Position numbers and translations under genes: made by a program | Notes under the pieces: generated by a model | The model's input: the letters and a program-made list of their open reading frames with translations, nothing else | Told to the model about the DNA's origin: nothing | Database searches by the model: none | Origin: an uncultured Armatimonadetes bacterium | GTDB taxonomy: Bacteria; Armatimonadota; UBA5829; DTJY01 | Direction of reading: 5' to 3' | Length of the DNA: 64,000 nt | NCBI GenBank assembly: GCA_963717145.1 | Contig: OY970325.1 | Coordinates: 4,768,001 to 4,832,000 of the forward strand | In this document: positions 9,769 through 17,584 of the stretch, piece by piece | How the letters are laid out: every line of letters begins with the position of its first letter | Position numbering within the stretch: the first letter of the stretch is position 1

Positions 9769-10361
9769 GCCACCTCCTCCATCTGAGGCGACTCCTCTAC
9801 CTGCACCAGTTCCAGCGTCTCCGGCGTCTGCTCCGGGAGCACGACGTCCTCCAAGTCCGGCAACTGCGTCAGGTCGTTGAGGCCGAAGTGGTTCAGGAAC
9901 TCCTCGGTCGTTGCATAGAGCATCGGTCGCCCGGCGGTCTCTCTGCGACCGACCTGCTTGATGAGGTGGCGCTCCATGAGAGTCCGGACGACTCCGTCGG
10001 AGTTTACGCCTCGGATCGCCTCGATCTCGGGCTGAGTGATCGGCTGACGGTACGCGATGATCGCCACGGTCTCGAGCGCCGCACGGGAAAGCTTCATCCG
10101 CTCGGGCTTGAGGAGCTTCGACACGTGATCTGCGTACTCGGGCCGCGTGCACATCTGGTACCCCCCGGCGATCCGGAGTATCTGCAGCCCGCGACCGCCG
10201 TAGTCGAGCCGCAGTTCGTGGATCGCCGCATCGACGACCGCCTCGTCGATCTCGAGCGACTTGGCGACATGAGCCGTCATCAAGGGCTGCGGAGACACGA
10301 ACAACATGCACTCCAGCACCGGTTTCAGGTTTACGTCAAGTATGCTAGTATCTTCGCTCAT
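9756..10361 (-). CDS. scpB: SMC-Scp complex subunit ScpB
   Basis: LSRAALETVAIIAYRQPIT, IRGVNS, GRPMLYATTEEFLNHFGL. Confidence 0.95.
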   Translation of the reverse strand: MSEDTSILDVNLKPVLECMLFVSPQPLMTAHVAKSLEIDEAVVDAAIHELRLDYGGRGLQILRIAGGYQMCTRPEYADHVSKLLKPERMKLSRAALETVAIIAYRQPITQPEIEAIRGVNSDGVVRTLMERHLIKQVGRRETAGRPMLYATTEEFLNHFGLNDLTQLPDLEDVVLPEQTPETLELVQVEESPQMEEVALSE

Positions 10362-10373
10362 GATTTCAAATGC

Positions 10374-10892
10374 AGAACACAGAAACACGGAAGGACACAG
10401 AAATACAGAAGGGTTAGGGAATTCTCTCTTTGTTGCCCAAGCGCTTGATCTCCAGTGTAGGCCTGCCGAAGTTCAGGATCAGCGCGACCTGCTTCTCAGT
10501 AGCCTTCAGGTAAGACAGAGTGGTAGCTTTATCAGCCTGGCATATCTGCTCTTTGGCTTTCAATTCGACAATCACCTTGTCATCCACCAGCATGTCAAGC
10601 CGATGGACCCCCACTGCCTGTCCTTCGTACAGCAAGTCGATGGTGATCTGGCGGCCGAAAGGGATCTTACAGGCTTGGAACTCGATTGCCAAAGCGTTCT
10701 CATATACTGATTCCAGGAAACCCGGTCCCAGTGTCTTGTGCACTTTGATGGCGCAGCCAAGAATCCGATCCGTCAACTCCTTGTACAGCCCGTCGAAATC
10801 CACATCAGGCTGTGGCACAAACGGCATCTCCCTCGTGTCCTCCCGTCCCAATATACTTCTGTGTTTCCTATCCTTCCGTGCTTCTGTGTTCT
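10374..10892. mobile_element. Putative minimal element: GxxExxY gene bounded by ~37-bp imperfect terminal inverted repeats, between scpA and scpB
   Basis: Left arm 10374-10411 AGAACACAGAAACACGGAAGGACACAGAAATACAGAAG; reverse complement of 10856-10892 AGAACACAGAAGCACGGAAGGATAGGAAACACAGAAG. Confidence 0.65.
10414..10827 (-). CDS. GxxExxY protein (PD-(D/E)XK nuclease superfamily)
   Basis: LGPGFLESVYENAL, RLDMLVDDKVIVELKA, LNFG motifs. Confidence 0.92.
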   Translation of the reverse strand: MPFVPQPDVDFDGLYKELTDRILGCAIKVHKTLGPGFLESVYENALAIEFQACKIPFGRQITIDLLYEGQAVGVHRLDMLVDDKVIVELKAKEQICQADKATTLSYLKATEKQVALILNFGRPTLEIKRLGNKERIP

Positions 10893-11650
10893 TCCGCCCT
10901 GTGTTCCTCCGGCGCCGGTTTGATGCAGATGTCGCCGAGGGCTTTCTTCTGTTGCAGGCGGATCTTCCTCAGGCGCAGCAGTTCGAGTATCGCCAGGAAT
11001 GTGATCACTATATCCACCCGCGTCGGCGGCCCGATGAACAGGTCGCGGAAGCCGAGGCCATCGGGATGCGCGCGGACGTGCCGCCAGACCTCGCTCATCT
11101 TCATCCTGAGTGTTATCTTCTGCCGCTGGAGGCTCGTTACCTCTTCCGTGCCCTCGCCGACTTCCTCCAGCATCTGCTGGAGCGCGAAGAGCAGGTCCAT
11201 CGCCTGCGCGTTCATCGGAATCACCGGCGCATCGTAGCCGGCCAGCTCATCCGTGACGCGCCAGTACGTCGTCCGCCGGTCATCCTCGGACTGTTTGAGT
11301 GACTCGGCCGCGTACTTGAACCGCTCGTACTCCAGCAGCCGTTCGACCAGTTCCGCCCGCGGGTCGATCCCTTCCTCGCCTTCCTCATCGCTCTTCTCGA
11401 TCGGCAGGAGCAGCCGCGACTTGATCTCCAGCAGGGTCGCAGCCATGACGAAGAACTCGCCGGCGACGTTCAGATCGAGCGATTCCATGAGCTGGAGGTA
11501 GTGCAGGTACTGATCGGTCACTTCCGCGATCGGGATGTCGTAGATATCCACCTTGTGCTCGCGGATGAGGTGCAGGAGTAGATCGAGGGGACCCTCGAAC
11601 GCCGGGAGCTTGATCGTGTATCCGGGTTGTGGTGGGGTCTGTACTGACAT
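10868..11650 (-). CDS. scpA: Segregation/condensation protein ScpA
   Basis: FEGPLDLLLHLI, EFFVMAATLLEIKSRLLLP, DPRAELVERLLEY, TFLAILEL. Confidence 0.95.
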   Translation of the reverse strand: MSVQTPPQPGYTIKLPAFEGPLDLLLHLIREHKVDIYDIPIAEVTDQYLHYLQLMESLDLNVAGEFFVMAATLLEIKSRLLLPIEKSDEEGEEGIDPRAELVERLLEYERFKYAAESLKQSEDDRRTTYWRVTDELAGYDAPVIPMNAQAMDLLFALQQMLEEVGEGTEEVTSLQRQKITLRMKMSEVWRHVRAHPDGLGFRDLFIGPPTRVDIVITFLAILELLRLRKIRLQQKKALGDICIKPAPEEHRAEEHRSTEG

Positions 11651-11656
11651 GATAGT

Positions 11657-11730
11657 ATTTCAGTTTTTCAGTTCGTCAGTTTGACAGTAGATCAGGTAGC
11701 TGACTGACAAACCGAGATACTGACCGGCTA
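11657..11730. repeat. Degenerate 8-mer tandem hairpin (TCAG.../...CTGAC)
   Basis: tttcagtttttcagttcgtcagtttgacagtagatcag followed by ctgactgac...actgac. Confidence 0.5.
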
Positions 11731-11801
11731 ACAGAGTATTCGCGCTCGATGGGGTGCAGTTCCTCCCCGCATCGGGGGTTGTCTGCACGAAATCAGGGCT
11801 C

Positions 11802-12437
11802 TTAGTAGGGTATGCCGGTCAACAACGCGAACAGGATGCGCAGCGGGGGTCGGATCATGTCGCCCACAATTCCCGTGAACAACAAGCCGAGGAGAACGAG
11901 CATCCCGAACTTGCCCATAAAGACATCGTAACGCCGGGCCTGGTCGTAAGGGAGCAGGCTCGAGAGAATGTGCGATCCGTCGAGCGGCGGGACGGGGATC
12001 ATGTTGAACAGAGCCAGCATCAGGTTCAGTTGGATGCACGTTGCCACGAGTCCGAGGTAGTTCATCCCTGCTACCTGATGGACCATGAGCCTGAGGAGGA
12101 CGGAGAGCGCGCACGCGAACAGAATGTTGGAGAACGGTCCCCAGAGCGAAACCTTCAGGTTGCCCCATCTCGGGCTCTTGAAGCGCATCGGATTGACGGG
12201 CACCGGCTTCCCCCAGGCGATACCGAACCCGCCGAGCATCATGAAGACGAACATGATCGTGCCCAGCGGATCGAGGTGATCGATCGGATTGAACGACACC
12301 CGCCCGGCGCGCTGAGCCGTGTCGTCGCCCTGAGCGAGGGCCGCCCGGGCGTGCGCATACTCGTGGACCGTCAGTGCCGTCAGGAACGCCACCGCCATTA
12401 TCAGCATTTCCTGAACGCTCGGAATATCTCGAAACAT
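11802..12437 (-). CDS. Site-2 protease family (M50) zinc metalloprotease
   Basis: HEYAH, GPFSN, FNMIPVPPLDG. Confidence 0.93.
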   Translation of the reverse strand: MFRDIPSVQEMLIMAVAFLTALTVHEYAHARAALAQGDDTAQRAGRVSFNPIDHLDPLGTIMFVFMMLGGFGIAWGKPVPVNPMRFKSPRWGNLKVSLWGPFSNILFACALSVLLRLMVHQVAGMNYLGLVATCIQLNLMLALFNMIPVPPLDGSHILSSLLPYDQARRYDVFMGKFGMLVLLGLLFTGIVGDMIRPPLRILFALLTGIPY

Positions 12438-12455
12438 CTAACTCCTCAAGTTGGT

Positions 12456-12578
12456 GGGGAATGGTTGATGGGAAATGGTTGATGGTTCATGGCTGATGGT
12501 TGATGGGGGCCGGTCCTTCATTCCCCATTAGCCATCAGCCATGAACCATTTCCCATCAACCATCAGCCATCAACCATT
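12456..12578. repeat. Heptamer (TGATGGT/ACCATCA) tandem arrays forming a long inverted repeat
   Basis: (a)tggttga iterations at 12461-12505 mirrored by ccatcaa/ccatcag at 12524-12578; supplies the lysA TGA stop. Confidence 0.85.
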
Positions 12579-13898
12579 CAGTTTCTCAGGGATGACGTCG
12601 TTCTTGACAACATCATCGAGCGTCTCGCGCTTCACGATGACGTCGGCCTGTCCGTCGGCGACGAGGACCACCGCCGGGCGCGGGAAACGATTGTAGTTGC
12701 TGGCCATCGAGTAGTTGTACGCGCCGGTGCACAGGACCGCGATGATGTCCCCGGACTCGACGGGCGCGATCGTGGTATTCGCGATCAGCGTGTCCGTTTC
12801 GCAGTGTTTCCCTGCAATGGTGACGATCTCCGACGCAGCCGCGTTCGCCCTGTTTGCGATGAGAGCCGTGTAGACCGCCTGGTAGAGCCCCGGACGCGGA
12901 TTGTCCATCAACCCGCCGTCGACCGCGACGTAGGTCCGATGCCCGGGATCCTCTGTGATCGGCACCGTCTTGATCGGGCCGACAGCATAGAGAGTCGTCC
13001 CCGCCGTGCCGACGATCGATCGCCCGGGCTCCTGGATCAACTTCGGCTCGTGGCTGATCGCGGACTCCTTCAGGCATCGGATGAACGTGCCGACCACCGT
13101 CGCCGCGAACTCGTCGATCGTCGGTGGGATCTGCTCCTCCACATATTGAATGCCGAGCCCACCGCCGGTGTTGACCTCCTCGACCTCGTAACCCGTCTCG
13201 TCGAGGACCTGCTTGATGAACTCCACGAAGATGCACACCGCGCCACTGTGGGCCTCGGTGTCGAGAAGCTGCGAGCCGACGTGGCAGTGGACCCCCCAGA
13301 GCCTGATGCCGGGGCATTCGAGCGCGCGTCTGACCGCGGTCATCGCCGTGCCGTCCTCGATGTTCATCCCGAACTTCGTGTCCGCCTGGCCGGTCCGGAT
13401 CAGCTTGTGCGTGTGCGGATCGATGCCGGGAGTGAGTCGGAGCAGGATGTCCGCCTTCTTCCTCGCCGCCACCGCCAGCGAGTTCAGAAGCTCCAACTCG
13501 CGCAGGTTATCGACGACGATTCGCCCGACGCCGTGGTCGAGGCCCATCGAAAGCTCGCCCTCGGTCTTGTTCACCCCATGGAAGTAGATCCGCTCGACCG
13601 GGAACTCGGCCTTGAGCGCCGTATACAGTTCCCCGGCGGAGGCGACATCGAGCGACATCCCCTCCTGGTCGAGGATCCGGCACATAGCGGTGTTCAGGAA
13701 CGCCTTGCCCGCAAAGGCGATGTCGGTGTTCGGGTAGCGCTTCCTGAAGCTCTCGAGGTATTCGCGGCAGTTCTGTCGAACGAGCGCCTCGTCCATCACG
13801 TAGAGCGGCGTCCCGAAGCTCTGCGCGAGTTCGACTGTGTCGCATCCACCGATCTCGAGGTGGCCTCTTGAGTTGATCTTCTGCGTCCCGAAAAGCAT
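12570..13898 (-). CDS. lysA: Diaminopimelate decarboxylase
   Basis: GTPLYV, FAGKAF (PLP Lys), HCHVGSQ, EPGRSIV, GKHCE, TGAYNYSMASNYN. Confidence 0.95.
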   Translation of the reverse strand: MLFGTQKINSRGHLEIGGCDTVELAQSFGTPLYVMDEALVRQNCREYLESFRKRYPNTDIAFAGKAFLNTAMCRILDQEGMSLDVASAGELYTALKAEFPVERIYFHGVNKTEGELSMGLDHGVGRIVVDNLRELELLNSLAVAARKKADILLRLTPGIDPHTHKLIRTGQADTKFGMNIEDGTAMTAVRRALECPGIRLWGVHCHVGSQLLDTEAHSGAVCIFVEFIKQVLDETGYEVEEVNTGGGLGIQYVEEQIPPTIDEFAATVVGTFIRCLKESAISHEPKLIQEPGRSIVGTAGTTLYAVGPIKTVPITEDPGHRTYVAVDGGLMDNPRPGLYQAVYTALIANRANAAASEIVTIAGKHCETDTLIANTTIAPVESGDIIAVLCTGAYNYSMASNYNRFPRPAVVLVADGQADVIVKRETLDDVVKNDVIPEKLNG

Positions 13899-13936
13899 CT
13901 TCCGACTCCTCGCCCGGGTCGTGTCCCGAGACATAT

Positions 13937-13977
13937 AAAAAAGGAACCAGTGGGCCGCAGAACACGCGGACTGGTTC
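13937..13977 (-). terminator. Terminator-like hairpin plus U-tract in the lysA leader
   Basis: Minus strand GAACCAGT-CCGCG-TGTTCT-GCGG-CCC-ACTGGTTC-C-TTTTTT. Confidence 0.55.
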
Positions 13978-13983
13978 GCCCAT

Positions 13984-14012
13984 AATCTACCAGAATTCCG
14001 CCCCGATGTCAA
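13984..14012 (-). promoter_or_regulatory. Sigma70-type promoter for lysA
   Basis: TTGACA-17 nt-TAGATT with TG extension. Confidence 0.7.
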
Positions 14013-14055
14013 ATAGCACCAAGCGCGAGGTGTCCAAGCGAGGCCTGTCTCGCAC

Positions 14056-14084
14056 TTGACACAGTTCTTGAGCAGTGCTAATAT
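14056..14084 (+). promoter_or_regulatory. Divergent sigma70-type promoter facing the epimerase/EPS locus
   Basis: TTGACA-17 nt-TAATAT with TG extension. Confidence 0.65.
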
Positions 14085-14191
14085 CGGGTCAATTGTGCAG
14101 TACTGAAAGCGCCTGTCCCAGCAGGGCAATGCGTTCGAGCGCATGCTTGCCGGGCCGGGCGTTCCTGTGTCGGAGATGGTTGATGGTTGAT

Positions 14192-15263
14192 TGTCAAGTC
14201 CCACCACGTTGTGAACGGTAGTTCAGTAAGTCGGTAGGCTCTTTGATAAACAGATCTGGTCTTTGCGCGTACCAGTCGCAGACCTTCTCATAGGGTGTCT
14301 TGCCACCGATCGCGCTGTGCTGTCTCCTTAGATTGTAGATGGTCAGCCACTGGTGGAGTCCATCTATCAACTCCGGATATCCAGGATATCTGTGCATCTT
14401 GTACGTGCCCTCCTGGATCAGTCCGTTCATGCGTTCCACCAGACCGTTGGTCTTTGGTGTATACGGCCGGGTGAGCCTGTGTTCAATACCACAGGCTGAG
14501 CATACTTCATCAAAGAAGTGAGGTCTCTTCGCCGGACTGCCCCAACGGCTCCAATTGGCCAGAGTGAACTCTCTACCGTTGTCTGTCAGGATCTTGTGGA
14601 TCATGAACGGATAGAACCACATGCACAGTCCAAGGAAGCCCACTGCGGATTCCTTGGTTAGGTTGTCGTACACCTGGAGGAAGGCTAGCCTTGTTGCTCT
14701 GTCTACCGCAACGAAGCAATACTTCCTCTTGCCCCCGATCTTGGGCAGGTAGAAACAGTCTATGTGAAGGTATCCAGGCAGATACTCTTTGAACTTGCCT
14801 GGACTTTCTCTCTTTTCTTTTTGGTACTGGGGGAGTCTGCTCACCCCTTTTCTGCTCAGTAAGCGATGTATACTGGCGCGTTCTGCATTCGGCAGAACTG
14901 TGACTACTGCACGCACCAGTGCATCGAGTGCTAGACCTTTGTCCCGGAGCGAGAGGATGATCTCCTCCTCTTCGGGGCTGAATGCATAATGGATCTTCCT
15001 GGGCCGACTGCTGCGGTCTTGCTGGTCACCCCGGGCCTTCCATTTGCAGACTGTTGCCGGCGATACATGGCAGATATCTGCGAGCTTTCTGCAGCTCTTG
15101 GGACTCTGCCTGAAAAACCGCCGTTGCTTCATATTGCTGGTTGCGTTAGAATGGATCTGCATGCGAGTGGTCTCCTTTTTTGGTTTGGCGATCATCAAAG
15201 AGACTACCGCATGCACCTCCTTCTTTTCAACCCACGGTGTTCATAATGTCATGAGACTGGACA
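14192..15263 (-). mobile_element. IS481-family insertion sequence, 1072 bp
   Basis: TGT...ACA ends; 25-bp imperfect IR (TGTCAAGTCCCACCACGTTGTGAAC vs TGTCCAGTCTCATGACATTATGAAC); 6-bp target duplication GTTGAT at 14186-14191 and 15264-15269; visibly lower GC. Confidence 0.92.
14194..15162 (-). CDS. IS481-family DDE transposase
   Basis: HSNAT start, PGYLHID, ILTDNGREF, PKTNGLVERMN, YNLRRQHSAIGGKTP. Confidence 0.93.
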   Translation of the reverse strand: MQIHSNATSNMKQRRFFRQSPKSCRKLADICHVSPATVCKWKARGDQQDRSSRPRKIHYAFSPEEEEIILSLRDKGLALDALVRAVVTVLPNAERASIHRLLSRKGVSRLPQYQKEKRESPGKFKEYLPGYLHIDCFYLPKIGGKRKYCFVAVDRATRLAFLQVYDNLTKESAVGFLGLCMWFYPFMIHKILTDNGREFTLANWSRWGSPAKRPHFFDEVCSACGIEHRLTRPYTPKTNGLVERMNGLIQEGTYKMHRYPGYPELIDGLHQWLTIYNLRRQHSAIGGKTPYEKVCDWYAQRPDLFIKEPTDLLNYRSQRGGT

Positions 15264-15335
15264 GTTGATGGTTAATGGCGGATGCGGATCCCTTCCCCAT
15301 TAACCATCAACCATTCCCCATCAACCATCTCCCCG
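15264..15335. repeat. Right part of the heptamer hairpin interrupted by IS481
   Basis: gttgatggttaatgg...ccattaaccatcaaccattccccatcaaccat; same family as 12456-12578; left part at 14176-14191. Confidence 0.8.
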
Positions 15336-15345
15336 AAAGGATGCT

Positions 15346-16281
15346 ATGAGCGTATACGTCGTGACCGGCGGAGCCGGTTTCATCGGATCGCACCTGGTCG
15401 ACCACCTGGTGGACCGGGGAGAGGATGTCCGCGTCCTCGATGACTTCTCGAGCGGCAAGATAGAGAACATCCGCCGGCATCTCGACAAGATCAGCCTCAT
15501 CGAAGGCAGCGTCGCGGACCCCGAGACGGTTCGCAAGGCCACGGAAGGCGCCGACTACGTGCTGCATCACGCCGCCATCGCCTCGGTCATCAACTCCATC
15601 GAAGACCCTCTCTCGTCCAATGACGTCAACCTGACCGGCACACTGAACGTCCTCATCGCCGCCAGGGATGCGGGCGTCCGGAGAGTGGTGCTCGCCACGT
15701 CGGCGGCGGTCTACGGCGATCTGCCCGGTCTCCCCAAGACGGAGGGCATGCCGACCGACTGCCTGTCGCCGTATGCCCTCACGAAGCTCGCCGGCGAGGA
15801 GTATTGCCGCATGTTCACGAGGCTCTATGGCCTCGAGACTGTGGCGCTCAGGTACTTCAACGTCTTCGGCCCGAGGCAGGATCCGAACTCCCAGTACGCT
15901 GCTGTGATCCCCAGATTCCTGACCAGAATGCTGAACGGCACGCCGCCGACCATCTTCGGCGACGGCCTGCAGTCTCGAGATTTCACTTATGTGTCCAACA
16001 ACGTGGACGCCAATATGCTCGCCTGCCGAACGCCGGGCATCGCCGGCGAGGTGTTCAACATCGCCTGCGGGGAGAGCTTCAACCTGCTCGATCTCGTGGC
16101 CGGGCTGAACGACGTCCTGGGCACGAGCATCGAACCGGTCTTCGAGCCGGCGAGGTCCGGAGAGTTGAAGCACTCCGTGGCTGGCATCGACAAGGCCCGG
16201 AAGCGGCTCGGATTCCCGCCGTCCATCGGATTTCGGGAAGGTCTCGAGAAGCTCGCCGCGTCGTTCAAGGATGGGCAGTAG
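15346..16281 (+). CDS. NAD-dependent nucleotide-sugar 4-epimerase/dehydratase (extended SDR, WbpP-like)
   Basis: GGAGFIG, YALTK, LRYFNVFGPRQDP. Confidence 0.92.
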   Translation: MSVYVVTGGAGFIGSHLVDHLVDRGEDVRVLDDFSSGKIENIRRHLDKISLIEGSVADPETVRKATEGADYVLHHAAIASVINSIEDPLSSNDVNLTGTLNVLIAARDAGVRRVVLATSAAVYGDLPGLPKTEGMPTDCLSPYALTKLAGEEYCRMFTRLYGLETVALRYFNVFGPRQDPNSQYAAVIPRFLTRMLNGTPPTIFGDGLQSRDFTYVSNNVDANMLACRTPGIAGEVFNIACGESFNLLDLVAGLNDVLGTSIEPVFEPARSGELKHSVAGIDKARKRLGFPPSIGFREGLEKLAASFKDGQ

Positions 16282-16540
16282 TTTTCGGTGCGTCATCGTC
16301 CCCGGTTCGACGACCCAGCAGGAATACAAGGAACCCTGGGACGATGAGTTGCGTAAATTCAAGTGAGCATTCTGCAGATTCAAGGCACTCAGTTCTCCAG
16401 CCAGAGTCAGGAAAGGCCATAATGTTTATAGAGAAAGCCGGTATATTTACCAGGATGTCCGCCGTTCCATCTCGTACAGGTACAGCGGATGTCTCTTTCC
16501 GGCTGTGCTGCCTCGTGTCTCCTTATTCGGAGGGAGTCGG

Positions 16541-17548
16541 ATGATGAAACGCATATCTGTCATATCGCTTTTACCTTTATTGCTGCTCGCACTGGTCGCG
16601 GGGGCGTGGGCGCAAGATGAGCCGTCGATGGCTACGACGCCGATGGCGATCGAGCCCTCGGCCGAATTGCAGCCAGTGCAAGAGTCGCCGACACCTGTGA
16701 CCGAAGCGCTTCCCGTCCAGTATCGCCTGCAGACCGAGGACATTATGAGGATCACGGTCTGGGGCGAGCAGAACCTCACTGGAGAGCACATGGTTGACCC
16801 GGAGGGCAATATCAGCCTTTCGCTGCTGGGCCAGGTGCATGTGGGCGGCTTGACCGTGGCTGAGCTGGTAGACACACTTCGTAAGGGGCTCGACACCTGG
16901 CTGGTAGATCCCAAGATCGAGATCACGATCACCAAATTCCGACAGCCGAAAGTCCACGTGCTCGGCGAAGTCAACAGGCCGGGCGTCCACGAGTTCAAGA
17001 TGGGCGACAGGGTCATGGAAGCGATCGCGCTGGCGGGAAGCTTCCGGGAAACGTCTTACCTCAAGGGCGCCACACTGACCCGCAAGGGCCAGATCGATTC
17101 GGTGCCTCTCGATCTTCATAGCCTGTTTCTTGCGGGCGACATGTCGAAGAACCTGGAACTCAAGGATGGGGACGCCATCTATATCCCCGAGGACACTACC
17201 AACAAGTTCTATGTACTGGGTGAAGTGCAGCGTCCCGGTCAGTTCAAGCTCAAGGAGAACATGACCGTCATGGATGCCATCACAACTGCAAGCGGCCCGA
17301 CTCCGAGAGGGATATTGAAAGGCACCGTCGTGATTCGAGGAGGTATTGATCCCTCGAAACCGTCTGAGCGCATCAAGCTCGATCTGGGGAAGTTCATCGG
17401 CAAGGCTGATCTGACTCAGAACATCAAGCTGCTTCCGGGCGACGTAGTGTATGTCCCGGAGACTACCAAACCTGACTGGAGCAAGGTATCTCAGATCATC
17501 TCCGCCCTTTTCAACTCCAGCTACCTGTTCCGCATGCTGGGGCTGTAA
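16541..17548 (+). CDS. Polysaccharide export protein (Wza-like; Poly_export plus SLBB domains)
   Basis: Signal peptide, VDPEGNISL, two V(L/H/Y)VLGEVxRPG SLBB repeats, LLPGDVVYVP. Confidence 0.9.
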   Translation: MMKRISVISLLPLLLLALVAGAWAQDEPSMATTPMAIEPSAELQPVQESPTPVTEALPVQYRLQTEDIMRITVWGEQNLTGEHMVDPEGNISLSLLGQVHVGGLTVAELVDTLRKGLDTWLVDPKIEITITKFRQPKVHVLGEVNRPGVHEFKMGDRVMEAIALAGSFRETSYLKGATLTRKGQIDSVPLDLHSLFLAGDMSKNLELKDGDAIYIPEDTTNKFYVLGEVQRPGQFKLKENMTVMDAITTASGPTPRGILKGTVVIRGGIDPSKPSERIKLDLGKFIGKADLTQNIKLLPGDVVYVPETTKPDWSKVSQIISALFNSSYLFRMLGL

Positions 17549-17584
17549 GCAGGGTTGCGATCCTGTAAGTAGGAGGAAGCTCGA

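Noticed and set aside
9769-10311. N-terminal extension of the 586-aa ORF 8551-10311
   Set aside because: Alternative frame of scpB; peptidase features start at ~9768
13899-14207. 102-aa N-terminal extension of lysA, or a lysine riboswitch
   Set aside because: Spans two promoters and the IS end; the leader is too short and lacks recognisable L-box features
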